A DNA stretch of 64,000 nucleotides, from positions 18,078 through 82,077 of IMG/VR virus record IMGVR_UViG_3300045016_000151; one strand, 5' to 3'. The translations under genes and the position numbers were made by a program. The DNA comes from a virus. Its lineage: Duplodnaviria; Heunggongvirae; Uroviricota; Caudoviricetes. This document shows, piece after piece, positions 55,701 to 63,926 of this stretch; the stretch's first letter is position 1, and every line of letters starts with the position of its first letter. Below the pieces are notes generated by a model that was not told where the DNA came from, made no database searches, and saw nothing but the letters and a program-made list of their open reading frames with translations.

Positions 55701-58556
55701 GGCTGAGGATCCATCGTGATATAATACCATACATGAAGTTTGTTGCGTAATTTCATGTTCAATATCTTCATCATATATTTCTCCCGCAGCAATCGTAATA
55801 CTGCTATTACCAAATGTACCTGCTAAACCAGATGCATAACGAGTTCCTACAGTTTCATGTAAGTATTCATGCGTCCATTGATCGCGCCCCATCCAGTGAC
55901 GTTCGTCTGAAAGTATTCCTACACCAGTAGTTGAATTCCAATAAACACCGGCTACTAAGCATTGATCGAAACCAGGATATGAACTGCTTGCAGTTAATGT
56001 GGGTACATTATCAACTAAACTATAATATATCCAGTAAAAATTAGTTGAATCTGTAATTGTTACATATGATGTATTTAATGTATATTCAGAACCGTTCAGA
56101 TAAACTTTAAAATTTGTACCTGTAATAGTCATACGACGGTTTGTATTATTAAATGACAATGCTGTATCAGCACGATTTGGAAATCCTGTATAGTGCTTAG
56201 TCGTTGTAAACAATGTAGGTAGTTTTACTGATGTGCCTAATGTTAACGCAACAAAAGTCGGTGAACTAGATGATAATACCGGATTCGCGCCTTCGACTAC
56301 TGATACATTATTTATTTTGTAAGTTTTGCCTGATGCGAGATTCCAGTGTTCAGTTGATGTCCAATTAGTGTTTGACAGATCCCATAAGATAGTCTTATCA
56401 GTAGTGCCCTTCAAAATAATACCACCACCGTCTGCCAATGCATCGGTTGGATTTGTACTAACAGCCATTGAAATTTGCTTGTCGGCTACTTTAAGAACTG
56501 AAATATCTACTTCATCAATATCCCCAGTTAAATATATATTTCCGGCAATGTATATATCTCTTCCAATATGTACATCACGTGGTCGTCCGGTGTTTATACT
56601 TCCAATATCATATGTCGCGTCAGTCTCATAATTGAAACTTGCCCCACCGTGCAATATTACTCCGTTTTTAGTTATTCCGGTCTGCCCACCTGCACCAGTT
56701 CCAGTTCGTTTTGCAACTATCCACGCTGAATCTCCAGATGAATATGTTAGTAATTGATTATCACCGCTAGTGTTATCTACTTCAATTCCACCATAACTTG
56801 GTAATGCGGCATTATAATTCAAGACCTGTATCGGAGCTGAAATAACTACTGAACCATATTGATGCCAAGTACCATACTGATTAAAATTACCATAGATGGT
56901 TAAGTCTTCTACTTCAAAACCACTTCCTTTTATCTCTGCTATTCCCTTGCCGAATTTGATATATGAATTTGCATTGTTTACAAGGAAGAGTCCTGCTGCG
57001 CTTAACTCCGAAAACGACGACGAATATTCCAGACGTACTGTTGAGAGATAATATTCATACACAACTGTGCCTGATATAGTAACAGTAATTATACCATTAG
57101 TGGTAGTGGTGAAAGTTTTTTGCCACGTACTATTTGTATATGGAGGAACGGTTACAGTATAATCGGTATAACTTCCGCTATGTGCAATGCGAATAGTAAT
57201 ATCTGAAGGAGCATTAGCGCAATTATGTTCTATTCTTAAAGTATAAGTTTTATTTGCAACTCCGGCCCCTAAACTTTTATAAGTTGATTTTCCAGACCCC
57301 GCTGTTGCTTTAATATAGTTAGTTATCCAAGAGAAGCCATTTGTCACATCCCAACCTTCTGCGCTGGAAGCAAAGGTAGCGTTTTCTACAACTGTCGTAT
57401 CAATAGAACGCCAATCAGTATCACCAGTAATATATGTTATGGGGGCGCTATAGTCATCATTAATATATAGTCCAGAGCTATTAATAAATACTTTTGCGTT
57501 ATCATACGATGTGCCGCCAAATCCACCAACAGTTGCCCAAATACCATTTACATCACTAGATAGATAACCCATTCTAGCATATTCGGTGACACCGTTACCA
57601 ACACCTATGTATGGAGTATTTGTACCAACCACCTCTATCTTGCTTCCTGAAACTTCGCGTACTAGGCTGGTTTCGGTAATTGCCCATCCGCCGATCTTTG
57701 CATAGATATCTGTCAATGTTCCAACAGTTTGACCATCATTATATAACGCTACCACTGTCTGACCGAGTTCATCAATTCCTCGGATACTTGCAGTATCGAT
57801 TATGAAACCAGAAGCACCACCATCAGAGATGCTAATCCCTTTTTCGACCCGAATACGTCCGGCATCGATTTCGTCGGCCGCTAAACGACTTGTAATTTTT
57901 ATTTTGAGATTAGAATTACCAACATGTGCACCAATGATCTTTACTTTATAAGCAGCACTTATCAATGATGTTGTAAGATCATATATAATAGTTTCACCAA
58001 CAGCAAGATTACATGGATCGGCCGGTGTGGCATTCCAGTCAGTTAAGTTGTATGCGGTGTCAAAATCCGGCGTTGTAATAATTGGATTTTTATGTTGTTG
58101 TATTAATGTTATTTCAAGCCCAGATACAGTTGCAGTACCCACATTTGATATGGATACTCGTGTGGCATTTATAGCAACAGCATACTCTACTAATACAGTT
58201 GAATCATCAATAATAGTAATAGTTTCACGTAACAATCCTTGTATATCGGCTGGTTGTATAGGATCAAGCATATCATCCCCCATTATGTCGATCCATTCCC
58301 AATCGCCATTTGGTGTCATCGCTTGAATCATTCCGCTACCAATAAATTTTATATGATACCGTCCGGATGGAATTTCACTTTCGTCTTTCGTTATACTCCA
58401 GTAACCATCTTCATCTGTTGTGGTATAACCAATGATTTCTTGTGTATCTGCTCGTAGTAATTGAATATAGACACCAATTACTGGATTTCCGTTGGTATGG
58501 AATTTTTTGCCTTCAATTGTTATTCGATGATTTTCTATTTTGTAAGATGTTGCCAT
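43746..58556 (-). CDS. Giant tail-fibre or adhesin protein (4936 aa) with multiple divergent internal repeats and a C-terminal S74-type intramolecular chaperone/autoproteolysis domain (...IYKLRPISFNFKPEF...GLLAEEVNSVIPQLVGYDNNGRPDYVAYEKL...)
   Basis: Uninterrupted 14.8-kb ORF. The C-terminal chaperone-domain motif is read from the translation. Internal repeats occur at both the protein and the DNA level. Confidence 0.85.
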   Translation of the reverse strand: MATSYKIENHRITIEGKKFHTNGNPVIGVYIQLLRADTQEIIGYTTTDEDGYWSITKDESEIPSGRYHIKFIGSGMIQAMTPNGDWEWIDIMGDDMLDPIQPADIQGLLRETITIIDDSTVLVEYAVAINATRVSISNVGTATVSGLEITLIQQHKNPIITTPDFDTAYNLTDWNATPADPCNLAVGETIIYDLTTSLISAAYKVKIIGAHVGNSNLKIKITSRLAADEIDAGRIRVEKGISISDGGASGFIIDTASIRGIDELGQTVVALYNDGQTVGTLTDIYAKIGGWAITETSLVREVSGSKIEVVGTNTPYIGVGNGVTEYARMGYLSSDVNGIWATVGGFGGTSYDNAKVFINSSGLYINDDYSAPITYITGDTDWRSIDTTVVENATFASSAEGWDVTNGFSWITNYIKATAGSGKSTYKSLGAGVANKTYTLRIEHNCANAPSDITIRIAHSGSYTDYTVTVPPYTNSTWQKTFTTTTNGIITVTISGTVVYEYYLSTVRLEYSSSFSELSAAGLFLVNNANSYIKFGKGIAEIKGSGFEVEDLTIYGNFNQYGTWHQYGSVVISAPIQVLNYNAALPSYGGIEVDNTSGDNQLLTYSSGDSAWIVAKRTGTGAGGQTGITKNGVILHGGASFNYETDATYDIGSINTGRPRDVHIGRDIYIAGNIYLTGDIDEVDISVLKVADKQISMAVSTNPTDALADGGGIILKGTTDKTILWDLSNTNWTSTEHWNLASGKTYKINNVSVVEGANPVLSSSSPTFVALTLGTSVKLPTLFTTTKHYTGFPNRADTALSFNNTNRRMTITGTNFKVYLNGSEYTLNTSYVTITDSTNFYWIYYSLVDNVPTLTASSSYPGFDQCLVAGVYWNSTTGVGILSDERHWMGRDQWTHEYLHETVGTRYASGLAGTFGNSSITIAAGEIYDEDIEHEITQQTSCMVLYHDGSSAYKSIAGSAVPYYEVSSNIQYNNSTTLTAVPANNYVAYWVFASNNTSYPIMVLMGQRVDANIANARANNVPENLIYDTLPVAEMKLLYRIIYRNTGSPPTYIEAADYRAVTPLPTSNYIATDHHALSNLTTGDDHTQYLYLAGRGGQTISDALTLSSTLTLPNSNTLTGSSGLVEFSAGASLTGNLYVKGGNLYTDTGVNLNIAPGGDIILDPTGNDILPASNYDLNLGSLSKKYLTLHAAELIVETLVAQDTLATIGGRVLVGPTTVLTSDLAASESATTIYTKHNNLVVGDIVYLEANAVIEFMKIESGPSGVGPYTYVVDRNIEEHAAHAWYAGDAIFNTGVTGDGFIDLYSLRSVKSAAQYGPTIVGNVRDNDVTYNAWTEHWAIGNLNGIYGYSSNVYGFAAGKYANSYSFVTVDSTNGVRLLYRSGGNDYTRISLATNGSGYLASSNIAWTSAGVITVGGWTINANTIENISSGTGVIMSVADSHPYVMAEYSSSEKARLGYLTTNTYGLWGTVGGFGGTSYATAKVLIDSYGLYINDINSIPITYMTGNTSWRSITSSGLDTTDFESSANGWSTSTGFARSTSKAHTGTYSFLGTGASERDWMCWTSKNLGAAVPGHSTSITLWYWPMEGTVGVYANYDDTEHELLNYDSGQGGLYDWSEFVATFTPQTDSDITITISGNNQVGLYIDDIEIKSTTPFSELNAKGLYVVNSESQYLKFGSGVAELKGFTAEIDSLTVYNSFISYGTWTNYGTVIIANPFQVVNNDAAIPNYAGFEIDSGTGGTNRLIYWDTTNTKWALGTRAHVAKGSQTAPTLGANFSIGTGSFTVGAIMSSGKLTVTTSTSPGIEIVKDNSVDNRYLRFTASNTDGKQVDIINSGTSTSSLIGFYNHSNSYWLSYWDITTGNFSNLGTIQGSVLITQNASNPYVYFNKTGSTARSAYIEITGDTFRLYYEGAAALSFDTSRNATFASTINSGAITSSGNITIDKVPINISYPTPGLTSQCGLHFEPTNDVSYYDYSQGITWGIPNPSYADKTHAGIYVQSSGTYGSKMYFATSNNWAVGAIAHMQINHYGEVSISKQGVFANAGYSSLSIFDTTEGSSANRLVDITNGVDMNFNIYITNAGKTFKYAELASYSTLPLILNATSGGSIILGGNLATDYNSKLQIYQNWFDTSSNPEGWGGGIKLVGDAPTLAFCETDQSNVGWMWHVSGDKMNLYRRAVGGSWQRPFYVHESMRAYFTSIVSTDDWFYVTTNKTGLYNEVQTTHWYCDGLNFWNISSGGSPTSGGIRMRTNHDSTIKGYLYWDSSGIGLLNDQSGWSVRCNQGSGYGGYLFGSWITIGDLRTSGVLLHQSNIRVLNKAESDWVTWATRNTSGSETVIDLSNIGSIEFVSGTPSLSKRFSGSQVFSYTEDSQIRKVLQFTNPDTGYKSGVLFGTVTLVFSGMETGNANPVFLVRRYTVRVRDWYAGGEYNMTAYIASDYEEGVSNSITLDVDTASSSTLVMKVKVYQNNGLFDSGSKLTVSYDFTSTAVHLGNFITPSFADGTTTTGNPSSQGAVVLASSIGSVVVGGNDPTINGYYTSRFTIVAGSQSTGLGVAYNSSTPAFALNPLSNSAWTLYDWYGSSWHAGITQRNGYIGVETATPFTSITLPSATDGKYVAWDYKSGASDSRRWWLGNDQYAYGDFAIRTESSQGLSAPDLVRLLIDKNGFVGIPVIGNGRLSVRGTGTSSSTYSFEASNSSGSTRFLVRDDGWSAFYGSDDALTLTLGADHVATFANAVISNGMYNSTTYTESWEAGSDPVWLKLFTFGGEYGYATVKGYISSTDNEQPFEIKVMTTYYTPDSYSPMLEIEHHSYNPRLLAVRLEGVNGGAKSVYVKLNPVTYGVNINWRLLNCFTVNPTINNSKTTPVGEYYVEHTSYGYSAHISNSSWMFKENIYLQPITNKYFVLNRPANTNYLGLSYRTNGAGEWFVGQRELSNSNLYIYNESGTNTVIFDKTTNAVTFANNITLTNGYITTNYDYYGLIVNITAAGSQTPFRIKRSDSVVWDVNLIETTNDLGFYSYGVGYALRLNKSTLGVGIGSTPLYITDSYFGYSGAYRVLQLGTCEATRAVAIGVNLTSYTSGQFQGNEIVIPNNICVIAPQSNTSAAFIGVLKRTDSYLYLGGDNYALANSITIDNSGNVVVPSNLTLSNGNVTIATGKGYMLGVGTNTYISRETSGGARFAVTVAGVEALRILESDDSATFAGNVIMANAKAIYSTTYSVSDPYTGYYLTQVGSVFGKLTVNEMHAKSFITDIEQALVGGQIICKSAAKLYQDFVCGTDTYLYVEEITGYTGQVFADGDYVRIKNISMGAFHLDITEAWLTVTYYDRDTTNKYQRYTYTKQSGTSTTYTKGTIALDYGVSGNGILERCALNEVGNRPYDRIATWTTAPQTDLITRSQIGDLSGVNTLTYGALASSTFGVYTRDLYAEGNANIVGTLAVGGGSTIGNTFYVGKIHTNLLTGVSDDCFYGRSGGGVGTDITGNVTAPDGSTVLYHKSDDATDLWYYLNLTGALSSGTYTTSVWVWTDTNGTVNSDIWGVFGTIYADTWTRLSVVRTSFTGYQSGMDWVLRHSGGATKKLAFWGLQVESGSITTVYQKTDGSNTGSGYGMWAIAGGFGGSIQNPTISLSSAGMRVLDAGTSTAIAAAGTYIGRYTVDGYQAVVINSSGISGYTGSGTTKNFYLPTSGTATISGFSFDANRMTLGSILQIGNYLSAGIGEANNSAGFGFWDNGSRPIFWLRGSSGVLMEMGVIGTITYLGFHDGSRWNLRLGSLKAFDSGSDVVGFELLNSSGTSIMRVDSGGTAHIANWGINQYAFYKNAGDSRTQSVALYQDAGGAALTIVNGAAYSTTSVARITVGRILTTAWGWSTKFGINAYDASGNELFFLTADATNTSHIAGWSFDPTVFAKDSLSDAVDEKYWQGTGVRLASKAGRFEDYAARDYTAGLTIGNHNGGSDTFKLFVGRVADVDPGGTWSGVSKWTATGNNVRYGIQFVQWNLGNLFEISCDKNDNSSSFRAHIAGWRFNNKALWHDHGQDYVYILSDATQFSGAYTKPSIIMRGGSSGPFICIGNVYRESSMRDEFGFTLAADYNTAPVFEMTTRQYQIAGWNFTDSALYKTSGDNYSTLYSIANSVASSLFMRNTSSKIGVNVGLLYYSSDWQNEFGFSLSPDYTSTPYVQFSKNLSTGVLTARIASWVIGSDALTYNDSNNVYLNLLANSTNPSMYVGKYINSQWMWAFVGRNYWGSTPDWKNGYGFCASWESEAYPVFAAAKTTGNVTMPWGTIGANNTYFYVGKGDGSVYIGYDTSNNVMRLVGSFTSTATITGGTISGGTISGGTLNVGGLYASSTGQGGDVSVTAENVTFLLNGSNTCLMVLYGGGDIISYSGTSQNANYCLYYIGIYAGPSFNKKGIGFGEGTGDPIDVWLYRDSAAVLKTAAAFQCGTVNGQTISSSASFTGTLAVASTINGQTISSSANFTGTITLPNTNVLTGNTNSLSISKGLHVGGTSDVADNNLLVDGNIYVGASDVYFEKYTATYNGLKIYTYNGLAMTIDPSANVTIANSLTAGAATLAGTLNITYNGNSSLIISRSGGSTLNIYSGGSSSHQWDIYTSGTGLRFSDNTGGGNVRIDGGVDIYGAITSSSTFTLPNTNVFTGNANSVSISKGLHVGGASDVADNNLLVDGNIYVGASDVYFEKYTATYNGLKIYTYNGLAMTIDPSANVTIANSLTAGAMTASGNISATTDSANTLISVNTSSISYYAGFKLVNSNGPHYWCINLDGNLTTLYFDYDNLGSGSQTKMKLGSDGQFTVPDVYSRTVSTRAVYVDSNGLLGTTSSSLRYKERITDLELDSTLIYKLRPISFNFKPEFHIVERQFGLLAEEVNSVIPQLVGYDNNGRPDYVAYEKLPVLLLNELQKHYIQIETQKDKIIRLEKRVLELELQLKG
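44389..45045 (-). repeat. Perfect tandem DNA duplication inside the fibre gene. The unit is about 490 bp; a stretch of at least ~160 bp is identical at 44389-44550 and 44879-45040
   Basis: Identical strings read directly from the sequence (gcaccggcagttagggagttggcaatagtaacatttgctgatggatcaatagtcatagccagacc...). Confidence 0.8.
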
Positions 58557-58565
58557 TTAAACCTC

Positions 58566-61436
58566 TTAATTTAGTGCCGGTCGCCCAAATATCACTATAG
58601 TTCCTGTTACTCCTGAATAATTATCTGGATCTGTTCCATCATCATAAAGATCCACAATTATGTTACGGTCTCCATAATCTTCTTTTATAACAACGTCGCT
58701 AGTTTGTACGAAACCTACGTCGCTCCCGGTAATCAGCAGTGAATCTGCCAGCGCTTTACCAGTTACTCCTTCTTGATACCAACGCATACGACATTTGCGT
58801 CCAACAAGAACATCACAATCAAAATATGCTTTGGTTATTTCGTAATCAATTAATAACCCTTTCGCCACGTACACAGTTCGGCCGCGTTCTGTTGTACCAA
58901 TACGGAATATACTATTTACCGTAGGATCGGCGGTAGACCCGTTCATCGCACGTAACACCATAGTAGTGCCTTGATCATTTTGATCTAAAATATCCGCTAC
59001 TATATATGTTCGTCCTGACGTTTCATCCGAAAATACCTCGCCTATTATTTCTCTGGTCAATACCGTTCTAGATGTATTCGTGTCCCTTGTCCATGTGCCG
59101 GTTACATTATCTATATGAAAATATCCTGATTGCCCGCCCGTAGCGTAAATCACTAAATAGATAGTTTTTCCAACTGTCCCTGTCGGTATTGATGCAGAAA
59201 TTGTTTTTGTCGTCTTCGCAGAGAAATTTGCTGGTATTGTGCCTTGATATAAATTTGTTGCCGCGCAAGGCGCAGCAGTGCCTGCAATAGATTGTCGCAA
59301 CATTACTCCCAAAGTATGTTGTGGCGTCGAGCCTTCATATGATACCTCAAAACTCATCTCAATCGAACTAACTCCTGACGGTATTACAAATTCCTGACAT
59401 ATTGCAGCCTGCATTGGATCGGCAGTGCTATTTACACCCATTTTTACGTGACCGCCGGTAATACCACCCCAGTCTGCTGCGTTCACCCATGCTGTATTTC
59501 CATGACCGCTGGTCATATCATATCCAAAGAAGTTTGTCCATCCAGCAATGTTGGAACCGAACGTACCGTTTACTACTGATACACTTTCAGATACTAATCC
59601 ACTATAGGCAGGAGTAACTACATCTTTAACTCTGACCACACTATAGTGTTCGCTCCCACCACCGTAACCAGTACCGCCATAAATCGTAGCATCTATGATA
59701 CCCTGAAACGTTCGAAAGTTAATAGGTGTTTGCACTATAATACTATCATTAGGTGCAGCACCACCTCCGCCTGATACTACAGTAGTAGATAGTCCGGTCG
59801 ATACTGCAACTTGTCCGCCTACTAATGGTCTAACAGTGATTCCATAAGTATATCTACCGGGGGTAGAAATTTCTACTTCAGTGTGATTAGTCACCACACG
59901 TTGATAATTTGGTGTAGTTAAATTTACACCACCTGTTGCCGATGTGTACAACACTTCATATGCGGTTGCTAGAGTCCAACCAGCTGAACTGGTGGTACCA
60001 GGATTTATAGCAACTTTAAAGCCTGCGTATGTAGGAGTGGCAGTAACAGATGCATTAGAATTATTCAATAATGCAATTTTTGTTATATATGGAATTGTGT
60101 AACTAACCACACCAGAATTTTCATATTTTAAAGGCTCCTCTTCTTTAGTATAAGAACAGTTGGAGTTTAATTGTTGATACGCCGATTTCATAAACTGCGT
60201 ACAACTTCTAACGGATATGGAATATTTTTGTCCTAACGGTAAATCAACTGTCGCCTCCGGAAATACAACTAAATTACCATTAACATCTGTAATTGTATAT
60301 TTTATCGACCATTCTCGAATCTGCTGTCGATCTTGTTGTCCAGTATCATATGGTATTGCAACAATCTCATAAAATTCTGCATCATCGTGTATCGTGACAG
60401 TACCAGCTAAATTTTCTGATGGGGTACTACCATCTAAATTACGTATCGTAATTGTATATGTATTAGTAGCGTATGAACTAACTGTTATTTCATAGTCTTT
60501 GTTCCATGTATGATGATATAAGTGCAATCCTACCAATGCATTTGCAGCCGAATAAGGAACTGTTGATATATATGATAACTGTGGAATAGTCAGTATACCA
60601 CCACCGCCGCCGTCAGTTGCTGTGGCATTTACTATACCCCAAGCTAATTTTACTGTAACGTTAGTACTAGCCATTGCTTTCTTTGTATCTATTGGCAAAA
60701 ATGCGTCCATAGTAGTGTCTATGTGCTCAATTATTTCTGCCGGTAAAACGTCCTTAATTACAAATAATTCTGGTTTGGTCGGAGCTGTACCTTCAGTCAA
60801 TACCTCTGAGCCCCCAACTTTTAAAGATGTGGTAACTGTAACAGGACCGCTTATTGTTTGTCTGTCAGTAAAATCTGTACGTACGACATAACCTGGTAAC
60901 GGATCAGTTTTTAATACGAATAAATTCTCATCCCTTCGGTCATCTATAGCCGTTACTACTACGCCGGAAACTGTAATATCTGCTATTAATAATCCAGATG
61001 TTACCGTATCCCAAGCGAAATCATATCCATCAATTTCTCTGGTTGGTGTTAAGTTTTCTCCCGCAGTATATTTAAAACCATTCATCACCGCAGTATATCC
61101 AGAATTATCTGGACTGCTATAAATGTATAACGTATGCACACCGTTGGTGCCGGGTAGAGCAAACGTTTGTGGCGACTCAACATCTAAGAACTCGAGATTC
61201 TCGGTCAAGGCCGTACCTGCGGCTATATTTATAAACCCAGGTGTTGTGTAAGATGCCTTTAACGTGGTATCAGCTGCAGCAACCGTACCATCTTGTGCAC
61301 GTTCGGCTATAATACCAAAAGTCTCTATAAATGCTCCTAATGAATTGGCTATACCATTTTTTATATAAGTTTGTAAATCAGTAAATAATTGTTCTAAATT
61401 ATGACGTGCACCATTTTTTGCTAATACTTTATTCAT
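58566..61436 (-). CDS. Tail or baseplate-associated protein with a carbohydrate-binding-module-like segment (VVNGTFGSNIAGWTNFFGYDMTSG)
   Basis: ORF track; shares a motif with the fibre repeats; lies in the tail block. Confidence 0.7.
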   Translation of the reverse strand: MNKVLAKNGARHNLEQLFTDLQTYIKNGIANSLGAFIETFGIIAERAQDGTVAAADTTLKASYTTPGFINIAAGTALTENLEFLDVESPQTFALPGTNGVHTLYIYSSPDNSGYTAVMNGFKYTAGENLTPTREIDGYDFAWDTVTSGLLIADITVSGVVVTAIDDRRDENLFVLKTDPLPGYVVRTDFTDRQTISGPVTVTTSLKVGGSEVLTEGTAPTKPELFVIKDVLPAEIIEHIDTTMDAFLPIDTKKAMASTNVTVKLAWGIVNATATDGGGGGILTIPQLSYISTVPYSAANALVGLHLYHHTWNKDYEITVSSYATNTYTITIRNLDGSTPSENLAGTVTIHDDAEFYEIVAIPYDTGQQDRQQIREWSIKYTITDVNGNLVVFPEATVDLPLGQKYSISVRSCTQFMKSAYQQLNSNCSYTKEEEPLKYENSGVVSYTIPYITKIALLNNSNASVTATPTYAGFKVAINPGTTSSAGWTLATAYEVLYTSATGGVNLTTPNYQRVVTNHTEVEISTPGRYTYGITVRPLVGGQVAVSTGLSTTVVSGGGGAAPNDSIIVQTPINFRTFQGIIDATIYGGTGYGGGSEHYSVVRVKDVVTPAYSGLVSESVSVVNGTFGSNIAGWTNFFGYDMTSGHGNTAWVNAADWGGITGGHVKMGVNSTADPMQAAICQEFVIPSGVSSIEMSFEVSYEGSTPQHTLGVMLRQSIAGTAAPCAATNLYQGTIPANFSAKTTKTISASIPTGTVGKTIYLVIYATGGQSGYFHIDNVTGTWTRDTNTSRTVLTREIIGEVFSDETSGRTYIVADILDQNDQGTTMVLRAMNGSTADPTVNSIFRIGTTERGRTVYVAKGLLIDYEITKAYFDCDVLVGRKCRMRWYQEGVTGKALADSLLITGSDVGFVQTSDVVIKEDYGDRNIIVDLYDDGTDPDNYSGVTGTIVIFGRPALN

Positions 61437-61437
61437 A

Positions 61438-62466
61438 TTATTCCTCGAATCCTAAATATATTTTATGGAAATGTATAGGTAACAATTTATCACGATAGTC
61501 CTCGTAAAATGTCACATTATATGTTAAGTTTTCAATATTATTTTCTATTAGTAACGTGTTATATTGTGTTAACGCGTTAGTATACTGTCCTATTTTTGTT
61601 GGATTATTATAATAATCCCATACATTTATTCCGGAAACCAATAAATCAAATTGATCAAGTTCTGTACCTGAGGCGACAATGTTAAAACCAGAGGGTATTA
61701 AATATTGTTCATTACCAACTGTAACTGTATATATGCCTTCGCTATATACGTATTCAACTGTACCACCTTCATACGCAAAAGGTAACCCCAGCGCTATAGA
61801 TAAACCATCCTGTAATATTTTAATCGTAGGCTTTTCTAACTGTTTATTCAATAACGCCCATATTAAAAATTTCAAATGTTTATACTTATTTTCTGAAGTA
61901 TTTGTCTTATAAATATTATATGAATTAAATTTTTCAATATCAATATTTACCATACGGGCCCAAGTTCCGAGCAAGACAGGATTAACTCTATATACTAATG
62001 GTACCGAAACAGTGAATACTTCTAAGTTTGTGTAACGTTCATCCCAAAACGGATCTCTTAGCCAATACAAAGTATTCATTCCAGATATTGAATAATCTAC
62101 TCCTTCGATATAAACGTGATCTACTCCGCTAGCCAGATAACTATATCTTTGTTCCATCGTTGGAATAGTTAAAATCCAGTCATCCAGATAATACTTAAAT
62201 ATTACAGTAGGATCCTCCATTACATTAATTAAGTCTTCAATCCCTGAGCATACAAATGTATAAGTTAATGGACCTTCCTCTATAATTGGGGGCAAATATT
62301 CCAGTGATCTAGAATTTTGAACATCCATCATAAATGTGGACAAACGCTCTATACCGCTAGACAATGTTTCCCACTCAGCTTCTACATTGGTTTTGTCTAC
62401 AACCTTTGACCAAGCATCGCTTAAGTAATTCCATAAATCTTGAGCATTGCGATTTACTGTTATCAT
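61438..62466 (-). CDS. Tail or baseplate protein, hypothetical
   Basis: ORF track; separated from the upstream gene by 1 nt. Confidence 0.6.
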   Translation of the reverse strand: MITVNRNAQDLWNYLSDAWSKVVDKTNVEAEWETLSSGIERLSTFMMDVQNSRSLEYLPPIIEEGPLTYTFVCSGIEDLINVMEDPTVIFKYYLDDWILTIPTMEQRYSYLASGVDHVYIEGVDYSISGMNTLYWLRDPFWDERYTNLEVFTVSVPLVYRVNPVLLGTWARMVNIDIEKFNSYNIYKTNTSENKYKHLKFLIWALLNKQLEKPTIKILQDGLSIALGLPFAYEGGTVEYVYSEGIYTVTVGNEQYLIPSGFNIVASGTELDQFDLLVSGINVWDYYNNPTKIGQYTNALTQYNTLLIENNIENLTYNVTFYEDYRDKLLPIHFHKIYLGFEE

Positions 62467-63926
62467 TGTTTTGTTAATCCAGTCATTGTGTATTCGTCAG
62501 CATATAGTCCATGTAAAGACGGAACTGTATAACTTGTTACAATATCTACTTCACGAGTAAGTGTTCTCTGCTCATTCCACTCTCGAATTGAAATATCTAT
62601 TGTAGAGACATCTATATATGTGGCACCTGCCGCCATTAATTTAGATATTATTTCGGATATTGTTATAGTTTTCGTACCTATCACATAATCTTTTATGGTT
62701 TTGTATGCTTTATCCAATGTCAACGATCCGCTGTATACCAAGGTATTCACAAATAGTAATGCCGGAGGCATTATTTTGCCTAGACTATCTGTTCCAATAA
62801 ATCGATTTTCTGGAGCATCTAGTAAGGCTTGTAAACCCACTCCATCGCTATAATATCTATATGTTATATCTAGATCAATATCTAAATAATCAGGCGATAT
62901 TGCTAAGTATGGAACGTCTCTAGTGGAATAAGCATTTCCTACATTTTCACTAAACAAGTTCCAGTCGGTACCCTCGACCAACTCAGTTTGTTGCACAGTC
63001 GTGATTATTTTTGCGACATTAAATAAAGGCAATACTACACCTTCGACATTAGTCAGATTTATACGACCATCGCTAGTTGATAAAGTCTGTGTTCCTTCCA
63101 TTATTTTCTCAGGATCATATACATATATATCAGACTTTCCTCCAACATGTATTCCCGACGGTGATGTGTTTTCGATGCTTACATAATAAGTAGTAACATT
63201 ACTTACATCTATTTCGGCAGTTGGTGTAGTTACACAAATACGTACAAAGTTATCCGTATCTCTATAAGTACTTGATAATGTTATAGTAGTGCTTAACACT
63301 GCCAACTCTGGAGAAATTGTGCTATTATATGAATGTGTTCCAAATAATTCCCATTCTTCTAATAATCTATTCCAGATATATCCGTTGATGCCGGCAGTAG
63401 TACCATCCATTCCATATCCATGATATTTTATTGTTGCTGTGGTTCCATTAGGAAATTTAGAAGGTTCCGCCTTTAGTTCAAACATCGCCACTGTATGTAG
63501 CGAATTCAAACTAGCGATTTGAAGATCATCATAATACCATTCAGCCCCATTAGTTTCTAATACTGCTATACCAAAATGTGTCCCATTCGATCTTGGAACA
63601 AAGCCTCCGTGCGACACATGTATCATATTTGGTAAAGATTCATTGAAACCGCCTAATGCAAAGTCCCAAATCCAGACATCTAAAGAATAATTTTGACCGA
63701 TATCCATTCTAAACGAATATTTTGTATTTGGATTAATAATCCCAGATGCCGCAGCAAGAAACGAATTCTCCCCAACATTTTGTAATACAAACTTATCTGT
63801 AAACATTATATCATCGGTTAATGGATTACTATCTACCAGATATACATTGTATTCAGTTCCACCAGCCGAGTACCACGCAAAACCTAATCCATCGGAGGGG
63901 GCAATAGAATTTTCTTGTCTTAACAC
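62463..63926 (-). CDS. Tail or baseplate protein, hypothetical
   Basis: ORF track; ATGA overlap with the downstream gene. Confidence 0.6.
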   Translation of the reverse strand: MLRQENSIAPSDGLGFAWYSAGGTEYNVYLVDSNPLTDDIMFTDKFVLQNVGENSFLAAASGIINPNTKYSFRMDIGQNYSLDVWIWDFALGGFNESLPNMIHVSHGGFVPRSNGTHFGIAVLETNGAEWYYDDLQIASLNSLHTVAMFELKAEPSKFPNGTTATIKYHGYGMDGTTAGINGYIWNRLLEEWELFGTHSYNSTISPELAVLSTTITLSSTYRDTDNFVRICVTTPTAEIDVSNVTTYYVSIENTSPSGIHVGGKSDIYVYDPEKIMEGTQTLSTSDGRINLTNVEGVVLPLFNVAKIITTVQQTELVEGTDWNLFSENVGNAYSTRDVPYLAISPDYLDIDLDITYRYYSDGVGLQALLDAPENRFIGTDSLGKIMPPALLFVNTLVYSGSLTLDKAYKTIKDYVIGTKTITISEIISKLMAAGATYIDVSTIDISIREWNEQRTLTREVDIVTSYTVPSLHGLYADEYTMTGLTKQ

